A stretch of DNA of 64,000 bases from Pachysolen tannophilus NRRL Y-2460. Lineage: Eukaryota. Where the stretch lies: contig KV454018.1 of assembly GCA_001661245.1 (NCBI GenBank), forward strand, positions 569,569 to 633,568, in the 5' to 3' direction. The position numbers were made by a program, and so were the translations under genes. Below, one piece after another: positions 1 to 10,743 of the stretch (within the stretch, counting starts at the first letter, position 1; each line of letters opens with the position of its first letter). The notes under the pieces were generated by a model that saw nothing but the letters and a program-made list of their open reading frames with translations, was not told where the DNA came from and ran no database searches.

Positions 1-1047
1 TTGGTTATTTAAGTTGCTTGAATGATAAGTAATGCATCTTTCGTGGACCCTATGTAGCCATAATAGGTTGGTGTTAATTTTGTCAGTGACATATGTAATT
101 TTTAAACTTTATATATATATATATATATATAAATATATAAATAAATAAATAAATATATATATATATTTATATATATTTATTTATTTATTTATTTAAATGA
201 TGATAATAATGATGATGTTGTTGTTGTTTAATGACTTGATGATTTAAAGTACAAAGTTGATAAATGATATGAAAAGAAAAACAATCAGCTTTAACAATAC
301 AACTTTAAAAAAAAAAAAATAAAGTAAAATAAAAATTGTATTGATAACTTTTTTCTTTTTGTTTACCTTTTAAATGACTTTGATAATTGATATAGCTTTA
401 ATATATGGTCAATCAATTATTATTAAAGAATTATCTAAAAAAAAAAAAAAAAACAAAAACAAAACAAATATAGAAAAAATAAATAATAATAATTAATAAT
501 AATAATTAAAAAAACAAAAAAAAAAAAAAAGTAAATGGTTGTTGTTAGTCAACAAATGACACTTTCTTTCACTGGGGTTTGTTTTGTTTTCTTTTTAATA
601 ATATTAATTATATTTTTTTAATGTATTCTATTTTTGTATGTCTTGTTTCAATCTCTTTTAGTTAAGATGCCTAAACGACTAAACTTTGAGTATTTTCTAA
701 AAGTGACTGATAAGGTAACACAACTATCTATATATATATATTATTTTTTTTAATATATATATATACATATATATATATATATGTCTCTTTCTCTTTATAT
801 ATATATATATATATATTTATTTATATTAAATATGACTTAGTTCTTTTTTTAAATAACAAAAAATAAGAGAAAGCAGCAATTTTAAATTCATTTATATTTT
901 TCCTGTGAAGTAATAGCTCTTCTTCCTCTCGCTGTGCTTTATAATTTTTTTTTTTTTCTGCTTCTTTGACTACTTTTCTGCACAATACAAATAATGAAAG
1001 CGGTTTGGAGAAATGACAAGACTCCGGTTATCAATCACAAGTGTTAA

Positions 1048-1079
<32 letters not shown>

Positions 1080-2675
1080 CTAGAATCAATTTACTTAATT
1101 TACTCAAATCTATTTATTCTACTTTGTCTTTTTATAAATGTTATAAATTTTTTCATTTTTTTTTTTTCTTTTTGGTATTGTATTATGAATCCATATTATA
1201 ATAATATCTCTTTGCTGATCAGCCAATTGGGGCTTTTCAAAATGTAGAGAAAATAAAGAGTAAGTTTAAAGTAAGGTAAAAGGTAAGTTAAGGTAATAAT
1301 AATAGAATTAAGTACTCGGTTTGCGGTGGCAAAAAATTTCTTATTTTGTCCCCCCCCTTTCCTGCTTGTTGTCACCGACCGGAGTTTGCCTTTATTGTAA
1401 CAAGACTTGATTTATTTTTTAATATAAATTATAAGATGCAAATCTATATACTTACATATACTCCAACTTGGTTTCAAGATATTAATTGAGTCTTTTTCTC
1501 TCCTAATATCAATATTAAGTTAAAGATAACATAAGTTAATATATGTGTTATATATGCTACTTCTTGTTTGTTGCATCATCGGAATTTAGATAGTAAACGC
1601 AACTTTTTCAAGACTAGTTAAAACTAAAAAGCGAAAATGCAACTAGTTTGATATTTGCCGAACGACACAACCTCAAATTGCCTGCTTTCCTTGTTTTTTT
1701 TTCCTAAACTTTTGATTTGCCACACATGGGTTCAAGCAAAAAAAAAAGAAAGTGGGGCAAAAGTTTCCTTACGATTGTCCGTAAAATATGAGCCCACATG
1801 TAACCCACTTAAACTAATTTTTTTGTCCTACTGATGTAAAAGTGCTAAGGTTTACTAGTTTCTATTGTCCGTAAATATTTACTTAAATTCTTACTATGGG
1901 GAAACATTCATCTGCATATATGTTTAATGAACAGGCAAATGCAAAAAAAAAAATAGAAAAAAAAAGGGGGGTTAGGGTTAAGGTTGAGGTTTTGTTTAAT
2001 TTTTCTATTTTGTATTCTCTTGAAAAGTTAAATCTGTACTCATCAGGCATGTTTCTGCTTCATGCTTTCTGATTTATGCTTTCTACATGCTGTTATTAAA
2101 TGTATCTGATCAAAAATACATATATCCGAGAGATTGTATTTTGTGCTTAAAAATAATTGAAACCTAAAGTTTAAATACTTAAAACAGGGCTGGACTGATT
2201 TCAATATAAAGAAAAATATAAACTAACTAGCTCTAAGTTACTACTAGTTACTGCTTCGATGAATAAAAAATAGTTCAAAATTAATTTAACTTCAAGGTTA
2301 AAGGCACAAGAAGAGTCTTCTGTAATGTCTAAATTTATCTACGAGGTAGAGAAAGAAAAATTTAATATACATTTTTTTATCTTTTTATCTTTTATCTTTG
2401 CAGTTTTGAAAGCAGGTACCAAAATAATAGTGAGGAATTTTTTTTTTCTTTTTAAGTTAATTAAATTGTTGATCTCTCATCTCTTTGTTTACGGCTCTAC
2501 ATTTTACATTTTACATTTACGTTTAAATTTTCTTTTTAATACTTTGAATTTTTTTTTCATAATATTTTTTTTTTTTTTTTTTTTTACAAATTATCTCTAT
2601 ATATATATGAACGTACCGGACTCTTCATAAAATTAAGAGACTCTTCTTTACTCCTCCGCCTATTAATTGATCACA

Positions 2676-4682
2676 TTATTGACAAAATTTCCTATCCAAT
2701 TCTTTTAAAACACTTGCCACAGAACCTGCTTCAACTAACATTCCTCTTGTGGTTAATTTACCAATTAAAGTGTTGAAACTAACCAAATTGAAATTTTCAT
2801 GTCTCGATAAAGTTTTATATGCATCAGCACACGGTATGAAAAGATCCTTGTTATTGTTGTTGTTATTGGTGTTATTGGTGTTGGTGCTGCTCTTTTTCTC
2901 AATAGCCGTTCCTGGTGCTGTTGCTGTTCCTGGTGCAGTGGTTGACACATCGGATTCTTCTCTTCTAGCAATAGTAGTGCAAAAAAGTGTAGACATTGGA
3001 TCTTTTTGACATTGTAAACATGTACCTGGATTCCCTGTACATTCCAGAATTTTTTTCTTTTCTTGAACTTCCTCTGGTTGTTGCTGTTTGTCTTCAATAA
3101 CAGCAGCTGCAGCAGCAGCTGCAGAAGCTGCAGATGTGGCTATAGTCGATGTTATCTTGCCATTGTTGAATTCAACAGATGGTCCAGGATGTAAAACAGG
3201 TAAAGACTTTCTATTCATGTTAGTTTCATTCAATTTAATTGGAGGAAGACTGGTTGACAGTAAATCATCTTCTGGATCTGTCGAACCAGTTCCTGAACCA
3301 GTTCCTGAACCTCTTGTACCACTTAACGATGAGGTCATCAACAGTTGCTTTTTAGCCAACGCCTCTGCCTCCTTTGCCGCCTCACGACAAACACATGGTG
3401 TATCATCTGAACAAAACCCACAATCATCTCCAGGATCCAAAAAATCAACTTCTGTAATACTGCTCTGTTGGAACAATGATCCTTGGTGTAAGTAGTCCCC
3501 GCTGCTTACATCGACATTTACATTTAAGCCATTTGAATTATTTGAACCATTGGAAATAGATGTCTTTGGACGTTGATCATCATTATAATAATCTTTCTTG
3601 AACAATTTTGAAAGATCTGGCATTGGTTTTTTCCTTGCAAATTTCAGTGTGAAATCAATTTCATTTTCATCTTCATGTAATTGCGAGTACCTTTTCCTTT
3701 TCAACGGAACAGCAGCCACAGGTGTAAACGACTTCAAATTTTCCATATTTGCCGCAGCAGCAGCAGCAGCAGATGTTGCTGATACTGCTGTTGATGTTGT
3801 ACTCGTTGCACTAGTCGCATTCGTTCCAGGTTGCTTCAAGCCCAACGATTCACATATACAATCGTCCTTCAGACAAACCCCACAATCGTACCCCTCTTTG
3901 GATAGAGACAACGACGAGCCCAGTGATCTAGATCCAGACAAGCCATTAGATGCCTGTGTCTGCGACAACGTCTGTGACAGTGTTGGTGCCTGTGCTGTGG
4001 TATTTTTCGGAGATATACTAATATTATTTATTATGTTTGGAGAGTTTGCACTTGATGAGACTGGAGATATTTGTTGAACCGAATAAGCAGTAGAAGAAGA
4101 ATGAGGGCTTGAATGTGTTGAATTAGTTTGTTTACCGATATTGACGTTACCATAAGGTGTTGGGGTTGGTTGTACACTTATTGTCTTCAGATTTTGATTT
4201 TGAATTGAAGGTGAATATTCATTTGTTGAACTGGACATGGAAGCTATTGATTGGCCCGAATGAAAGCCCGGGTATTGTTGCTTATAAGAATTTAATTGTC
4301 TTTGTAAATCTTGAACATTTTTAATTAAATTTTGATTTTCATTTTTTAAAGTTTTTATATGATTATTTAATAAACCTTCTTTAATGGCTCTTTCTTTTTC
4401 AATTTCCATAATTTTACCTTCCAACTCAGAAACTCGATTTGCTCTTCTTTCTCTAAAAGCTCTTTGTGCAGCTCTATTTTGAGCTTTTCTCTTAGTAGAT
4501 GGTGTATCAATGCTCGGTTTCCGCCCCGGTTTTGGCCTTGGAGGTAAAACCCACTCTTTAGAAGTGACTATCCTCGTAATCACCGACCTTTGCTTCTCCT
4601 GATTCATTCTTGGTGCAATAGAACCTGGAGATGACGATGAAGATGACTGTGGAATTACTTGCGACTGAACGTTTGCAGTCAT
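2676..4682 (-). CDS. HAP43: HapX/Hap43 iron-responsive bZIP transcription factor
   Basis: Hap4-like domain IVTSKEWVLPPRPKPGRKP, then bZIP KRKAQNRAAQRAFRERR, then Cys-rich clusters CGVCxKDDCIC, CGFCSDDTPCVC, CTGNPGTCLQCQKDPMSTLFC and IPCADAYKTL. First ATG at 4682 (the track starts at TTG 4688). Confidence 0.92.
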   Translation of the reverse strand: MTANVQSQVIPQSSSSSSPGSIAPRMNQEKQRSVITRIVTSKEWVLPPRPKPGRKPSIDTPSTKRKAQNRAAQRAFRERRANRVSELEGKIMEIEKERAIKEGLLNNHIKTLKNENQNLIKNVQDLQRQLNSYKQQYPGFHSGQSIASMSSSTNEYSPSIQNQNLKTISVQPTPTPYGNVNIGKQTNSTHSSPHSSSTAYSVQQISPVSSSANSPNIINNISISPKNTTAQAPTLSQTLSQTQASNGLSGSRSLGSSLSLSKEGYDCGVCLKDDCICESLGLKQPGTNATSATSTTSTAVSATSAAAAAAANMENLKSFTPVAAVPLKRKRYSQLHEDENEIDFTLKFARKKPMPDLSKLFKKDYYNDDQRPKTSISNGSNNSNGLNVNVDVSSGDYLHQGSLFQQSSITEVDFLDPGDDCGFCSDDTPCVCREAAKEAEALAKKQLLMTSSLSGTRGSGTGSGTGSTDPEDDLLSTSLPPIKLNETNMNRKSLPVLHPGPSVEFNNGKITSTIATSAASAAAAAAAVIEDKQQQPEEVQEKKKILECTGNPGTCLQCQKDPMSTLFCTTIARREESDVSTTAPGTATAPGTAIEKKSSTNTNNTNNNNNNKDLFIPCADAYKTLSRHENFNLVSFNTLIGKLTTRGMLVEAGSVASVLKELDRKFCQ

Positions 4683-5038
4683 TTTCAAATCATATATATT
4701 ATCAAATTATGAAAATTATTTTTTTTAAAAAAAAAATGCATCCGGAGTAAATAAAAACAACCAAAAAGAAGAAACAAAAAAAAAATTATTTTAATATAAA
4801 TGTTATGCTAAGGTTTCTTTTGAAATTAAAAATCAATCAACACAAACTGATTTGAATTAATTTAATCTTTTTAACAATATATATATATATATATATATTA
4901 TTTATTATATATATTTTATATATATATCACTAAAGTTATTATATGTTTTTGTCCTTTGTTTTATCTTTTCCATCAGGCTTTTTTTTAGCGCTAAGAAAAA
5001 GAAAAAGTTTTTAAATCAGAAAAAAATTGAGAAAAAAC

Positions 5039-5069
<31 letters not shown>

Positions 5070-5091
5070 AGCGAAAACCGGCTTAATTTAA

Positions 5092-5107
5092 GTCACGTGA
5101 CACGTGG
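5092..5107. promoter_or_regulatory. Overlapping E-boxes GTCACGTGAC (Cbf1-type) and CACGTGG in the divergent HAP43/PET127 promoter
   Basis: gtcacgtgacacgtgg: a perfect palindrome plus a second CACGTG in a very AT-rich intergenic region. Confidence 0.55.
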
Positions 5108-5539
5108 TATATTAGAATTTATGGCCCCAAAGTCCGAAATTCGAAAATGCGGTACCAAAAGCGGTATAAAAGTGCTAAAAGCAATGCAAAATGCGTAGCA
5201 AAAAGCGCAGAGGCAAGTAGTGCGTGAAGAGTACAAAACAAAACATGGAAGACAAAACACAAATTAGGAAAGTATTACTTAAAGAGGCTATATGCTGCTA
5301 CTATTTTACCGTTTTTGTCATTTTTTCTTAATTTTTTTTCCTTTTTCTGAATAATCTTTTTTTGGACTTCCGAAAGAAGTAAGTTCTGTAAATGATTATT
5401 AAATTACTTGTTTTGGGAAAAGGGCCATCTTTAGTACCGTGGAAAACTTTTCATTTACATCTATCTATCTATCTATATCTATATATATGAACTAAAAGGT
5501 TCTTCTTGATCTTTTCAGTAAATCTCAGAGATAGGTAGT

Positions 5540-7867
5540 ATGATATCGAATAAGATCGCAGATGCTACTAAGCTGAGTGCTAGGCTGTTGAACAAAAATA
5601 AGATTAATGAGGTGTTGAAAAGTGTACGGAAACTTGAAAAAATTTCAAATGATCGAGTTAATAATGATAATAATAGGACACAGAAACAAAATTTGGACAA
5701 GAAACCAAAATTTGGTTCTTCTCAAAAAACTGGGCCATCTTTGAACTCTAGTGGTGCTCCTAAGAAAGTTTTCACAAAGATTAAAAATGGGAACTTGAAC
5801 TTGAACTTGAACCTGAACTCGAAGCTGAACTTGAACTCGAGCCCGAATCCAAAATTTACTAAAAAAAATGATTCAAAGCTGGGGATTTCAAGACAAAAAA
5901 AATTGAATAGTAATAATTGGAAAAGTTTAGATCCGGCTTCGATTTTTTACAAAGTTATAGAACCACCGCAAAAAGTCCCCGTTGCAGAGTTGGCACATAA
6001 TTTGGATCGTGTATTATTTTCACCAGGAATACATTATTTACAAGACCCAAGATCAAGAGTTTATAATTTTACACCATATTTGAAAAATATCATGCCAGTT
6101 AGTGAATTTGATTTTAAATGTATTGGAGAATATGTCACTTCTTCTAGGGATAAAGTTTTGGGTAAATTAACTTCAGAATTGAATAAAAAATATTTTTCAT
6201 CTACTTCATCAATGACAGGTGTTTTAAGTCAGTTTCATTTCTTATTATCTAATTTAAGACCAACAAATATCTTGAATTTATCAAAAAATTTCCCAAAATT
6301 AGGTGCAACTTTCTCTGCAGGTACAAAATGTCCAGCAGTGGTGATCGTTAAAAAAATTAATAACGAAACTATAAAAGCTACACAGTCTAGTGGTACAAAT
6401 GATGGTGCAGCATTATCGGGAGCATTGCCAAAACCAATATATTCTATAGATTCAGACAAATCTGCTGATCAATCAATGATCTTATCATTGTTGGGTCATT
6501 CAATGGAAAAACTTTTAACTACAGGTTATAAAGATTTTGAAAATTTTAGAATTTCAAAATCTAGTAATTTACCAGAAAATTTAAAAGATAAAAATGAAAG
6601 TTATCATTATGCAACAATGTCAAACTTTGTCATGAGATCCCAATTGGATTGTTACGACCAAAGATTACCTGGAACTGGAACTTTTGATTTAAAAACAAGA
6701 GCCGTTTGTGCAGTTAGACATGATATAAATTTTGTTGAAACTTCTCCAACTGGTTATCAAATCCTCAAGACAAATGGTAATTACGAAAGTTATGAAAGAG
6801 AACTTTATGAACTTATTAGATCTGCAATGTTGAAATATTCATTACAGGCAAGAATTGGTAATATGGATGGTATTTTCATTTGTTTCCATAATATTGAAAA
6901 AATATTTGGTTTCCAATATTTACCTTTATCAGAAATAGATACTATTTTCCATACTTATGATGATAATTTTTCTAAAATAGATAATGGATCTAGAAATATT
7001 ACTAGATATCCATTACCTAAACCTGATCCTTTGAAAATTACAGGACCAATAGGATCAGATCATGAAGATTATGAACAACATATTTCTTCAAGAATTGCAA
7101 ATACAGAGTTTAAATTTTCAATGGAATTATGGAATGAAATTTTAGAAATTTTTACAAATAAAGATTTTAAAAATGATAAATCTTTTAGATTAGTTGTACG
7201 TCACGTTGAAAATGAAGCAGAAAAATCCGTGGCATTATATTTCATTGCTACACCATTGGAGATTAATGAAATTGATCTGATACAAAATTTAGGTAATGAA
7301 TTTTCAAAAGATAAATTAAAAGAATTAACATCAGAAAATGAAGATGAGTTATCAAATTTGAAAAAAACTATTAATGAGAAACATAGACAAGAATTTGTTA
7401 AAATTAATCAAGAAACTGCAGAAAATGCTATTGGTTATAAATTAACAATTCAGCATATATTTGATGGTAAAGTTTCAACACAAAATTTCCCTAAACCTGA
7501 AAGTTTATCAACTGATTGGAAGTTGAATTATAATATTTCAAAAATTCCTCCTTCTGAAGCTAAGAAACTTTATTTAGATTTCTTAGCAGAAAAGGAAAAT
7601 ATAGTTTGGAGAAGTAATAGTACAGGTACAAAGACTTTAAATGAAAAGAATAATAAACATGGTAGAAAACATGGGAAAAATAAAAATAATGAAATTATAG
7701 AAACTGAAACCCAAGAAGTTGATGAAGATTTTGATAAGATTAGTGATTTTTTACAAATCTTAAGAGCTTATGGTGTTAAAGGTAGAATGAGAGAAGAACT
7801 TTGGGGAAAGAAGGAAAATGGTAATGTGGTTGTTTGGGAACCACAATATAAAAATAATGATTATTAA
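5540..7867 (+). CDS. PET127: Mitochondrial RNA 5'-processing protein Pet127
   Basis: LAHNLDRVLFSPGIHYLQDPRSRVYNF, SSTSSMT, MRSQLDCYDQRLPGTGTFDLKTRAVCAVRHD and LKYSLQARIGNMDGIF motifs. Confidence 0.93.
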   Translation: MISNKIADATKLSARLLNKNKINEVLKSVRKLEKISNDRVNNDNNRTQKQNLDKKPKFGSSQKTGPSLNSSGAPKKVFTKIKNGNLNLNLNLNSKLNLNSSPNPKFTKKNDSKLGISRQKKLNSNNWKSLDPASIFYKVIEPPQKVPVAELAHNLDRVLFSPGIHYLQDPRSRVYNFTPYLKNIMPVSEFDFKCIGEYVTSSRDKVLGKLTSELNKKYFSSTSSMTGVLSQFHFLLSNLRPTNILNLSKNFPKLGATFSAGTKCPAVVIVKKINNETIKATQSSGTNDGAALSGALPKPIYSIDSDKSADQSMILSLLGHSMEKLLTTGYKDFENFRISKSSNLPENLKDKNESYHYATMSNFVMRSQLDCYDQRLPGTGTFDLKTRAVCAVRHDINFVETSPTGYQILKTNGNYESYERELYELIRSAMLKYSLQARIGNMDGIFICFHNIEKIFGFQYLPLSEIDTIFHTYDDNFSKIDNGSRNITRYPLPKPDPLKITGPIGSDHEDYEQHISSRIANTEFKFSMELWNEILEIFTNKDFKNDKSFRLVVRHVENEAEKSVALYFIATPLEINEIDLIQNLGNEFSKDKLKELTSENEDELSNLKKTINEKHRQEFVKINQETAENAIGYKLTIQHIFDGKVSTQNFPKPESLSTDWKLNYNISKIPPSEAKKLYLDFLAEKENIVWRSNSTGTKTLNEKNNKHGRKHGKNKNNEIIETETQEVDEDFDKISDFLQILRAYGVKGRMREELWGKKENGNVVVWEPQYKNNDY

Positions 7868-8140
7868 AAAAAAAAGGAATGGTCAGTCACACATGAATTT
7901 CGTTTATATTAATATATAGATTTTTACATTTTGGATAAAATGGATGAGAAACTTAGTTTCTTAATGTATATAGTGGTAATAAGAATTTTTATTAAAAGTA
8001 ATAAATAGGTATTTTGAAATTACAAATTATGATTCAAATGAAAGTTTTGTTTGTCTTTTCTATATATATATATATAACGTAATATTACTAAAAATTGATT
8101 GCACAGTAAACATGGTATATCAAACTATATATGATAATTA

Positions 8141-9178
8141 TTAATCATGAATCATCTTGTTTAACTCAATAACGTCTCCATCTCCCATGCTCATCTCACT
8201 TTCTCCTTCAAAATCAGTGTCATTATTCAAATAGTTTAAAGCATCGTTTCTTCTCTCTAATTCTTTATAATAGAAGAATTGGAAACTTATTATACAATTT
8301 AAAGAAAATTGGAAAAATGCAGCAATAATGAAAATTATAGAAACATTGTCTGTACCATATATCAAGTAACTAATTTTTGTAAAATCTCCTCCTAACCAAC
8401 TTAATAACAATATTGTTTTAAAACCTTTAACAGATTTTAATCTTTGAAAAATTAATATTTGAGGTAATGGTAATAAACTTTCAGTTAATAATGAAGCTGA
8501 ACCAATTAAAATGGTAAAATTTTCATTTTTATAAAAAATTGTTGTTAAAACAATATTTATTATAATAAATGATGCTAAAAATTTCCAATAAACTATTTCT
8601 CTTTCCCATTGCCAAAATTCAAATGGTCTTTTATAAAAAACATCAAATAATTTTAATAAATTTAAAACAAAATTGATTAAAAACCAATAAATTGCTTTAA
8701 AATATTCTGATAATATTTTGAAAATTAATTGATTTAAATCTTTTAAATATGCACTTGGTGAACTGAAATTCTTTAAATTATGTTGATTTAAACTCCCATT
8801 TATACTTCTAATTCTCGACCAAAATTCTTCTAAAATACCAGGATAATCATACAAACTATCTGTGCTATAAACACTAGGTCTAAATTTTAAAGCTGTCTTT
8901 AATAATAAACATTGTATAAAAATCATTATAAAACACTGCCTCAACAAAGATATTTCAAATGGTTCATTAATATAATAAAAAACTTTTAAAATTGAAGCCA
9001 TAAGCATCGTCGCACATATATCTATCGAAAACCCAGTAGAAGTTCTTTGCTTATATATCCCCAAGATAGTGGTTCCATATGATATCAATGGTGAAAAAAT
9101 CATAAACGAATTCACCGCATTTTGGAAAGATGGAAAGTAATCGTAATAATCCAGCGGTATTGTAAGATATGATGACAT
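8141..9178 (-). CDS. ANY1: PQ-loop membrane protein Any1/Cfs1
   Basis: SPLISYGTT..STGFSIDICATML and ESLLPLPQIL..LLSWLGGDFTKISYL PQ-loop motifs. Confidence 0.88.
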   Translation of the reverse strand: MSSYLTIPLDYYDYFPSFQNAVNSFMIFSPLISYGTTILGIYKQRTSTGFSIDICATMLMASILKVFYYINEPFEISLLRQCFIMIFIQCLLLKTALKFRPSVYSTDSLYDYPGILEEFWSRIRSINGSLNQHNLKNFSSPSAYLKDLNQLIFKILSEYFKAIYWFLINFVLNLLKLFDVFYKRPFEFWQWEREIVYWKFLASFIIINIVLTTIFYKNENFTILIGSASLLTESLLPLPQILIFQRLKSVKGFKTILLLSWLGGDFTKISYLIYGTDNVSIIFIIAAFFQFSLNCIISFQFFYYKELERRNDALNYLNNDTDFEGESEMSMGDGDVIELNKMIHD

Positions 9179-9385
9179 TGCATTCTCTATTTAAAACTGC
9201 TAAATTCCTTCTTCTCAAAAACCTTCAACGATATATTCCACTCTTATCGCCCAAGATAATTCCTACTCTTATCCTTTTAAACAAATAGATATATTATACT
9301 ATACTATATTATATTATTATATTATATTATATTATTATTACAATTCAATATTTTTTTTTCCTTTTTTGTGTTCGATATTTTTCAT

Positions 9386-10564
9386 TCAAATAAATTTTTT
9401 TTCACCGCCAAAATCACCGCCTAACTTACCGCCCAGCTTAACGCCGGACTCTCCGCCAGAATTACCGCCAGAATTACCAGACTTAGCAGAAATACCAGCA
9501 CTAACACTAGCACCAGAACCAGCACCAGCACCAGTTCTAGTGTTAGTGGTAGTGTTAGTGTTATAAGAGGAATAACTATACAAGAGAGCACCAGAAAATA
9601 CCAAGAGGGCACCGGTGACCTCCAGAGCGCTGATTGGGTAACCAAACAGTATTACACTAATGATTAAACTAACGAATTTTCTAACCAATAACACTATATT
9701 CACAGTTAAAGATGTAGAATTTCCTGCTAATCTATTAACTCCATTAACACATATTACTTGGGTAAAACAGTTCAAAAGTAAAGTCATTTGTAATTGGGTG
9801 TTTCCACCATAAAATAAGTTTTGTAACTCTTTCCAAAGTTTTGAAGGTGATATAATCATGAATAGTGGTAAACTTAATAAATGCATAAAGAATAAGTTTT
9901 CCTCCCAATGTCTACCATACTTAAAGAATGTGATTTCTGTATATAATCCCAGTAATGTTCCCAGGATTGTGGCAATTAATAAAATCATAGCTCCAATTCC
10001 ATCTTGGTTAGTATTATTATTATTATTATTATTATCGATAAAGTTACTAGTGATACTTGAACTATTTCTCTTATTGTTTAAAGTTGCTACCATGACACCT
10101 ATAGTCAAGATAATAGCACTCATTATTTGATTTAAACTATATCTTTTGTTGAAAAACAAATATCCTATGATCATTGTTGTAGCAGTTCCCAAAGATCTAA
10201 TAATAATATGAATTGGTACTGAAATATCAAATGAAAATGCAATATTATTTAAAGTTGAACTAATGAATGATAATAATACATTGATCCAATGACGTCTCAA
10301 TGGGATCTTTAATTGAGGTAAATATAATCTCTTTATAGAATTCTTATTCATATCAATATTCCTAACATATCCATTGGCAGCAACAAATAAAAATTGGAAA
10401 AAAGTTAAGACAAAACTCTTGTTTGGTGAAGTTGATTGTTTAATAAATTTCTCTAATACAAATACATTTGAACAACATCCTCCAAAAATTAAACTAAATA
10501 TAGCTACCCATTCATAAATGCTAACTGAAGCAAATGCCTTCACTATCTCTCCTCTTTGGACCAT
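9386..10564 (-). CDS. YEA4: ER UDP-GlcNAc transporter (UAA family)
   Basis: IFGGCCSNV, FDISVPIHIIIRS, LLVRKFVSLIIS; multiple TM segments; C-terminal KKFI (KKXX). First ATG at 10564. Confidence 0.88.
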   Translation of the reverse strand: MVQRGEIVKAFASVSIYEWVAIFSLIFGGCCSNVFVLEKFIKQSTSPNKSFVLTFFQFLFVAANGYVRNIDMNKNSIKRLYLPQLKIPLRRHWINVLLSFISSTLNNIAFSFDISVPIHIIIRSLGTATTMIIGYLFFNKRYSLNQIMSAIILTIGVMVATLNNKRNSSSITSNFIDNNNNNNNTNQDGIGAMILLIATILGTLLGLYTEITFFKYGRHWEENLFFMHLLSLPLFMIISPSKLWKELQNLFYGGNTQLQMTLLLNCFTQVICVNGVNRLAGNSTSLTVNIVLLVRKFVSLIISVILFGYPISALEVTGALLVFSGALLYSYSSYNTNTTTNTRTGAGAGSGASVSAGISAKSGNSGGNSGGESGVKLGGKLGGDFGGEKKFI

Positions 10565-10743
10565 TATCCTACTCTTTATATTCTTATCCAAAATACCCAA
10601 GATAAAAATTTAAACCCAATAGTAGTAAATACAAATTTGAAATCGTATATAAATTTTACAAATTATAAATTATAAACTATAAAAATTATTTAAATTTATT
10701 TAATTCAAATAATTTATATCATTAAAATGTTGATACGGAAAGG

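Noticed and set aside
1965..1992. TTAGGG-like telomere repeat
   Set aside because: Only one perfect unit, internal to the scaffold; at most a Tbf1-type site.
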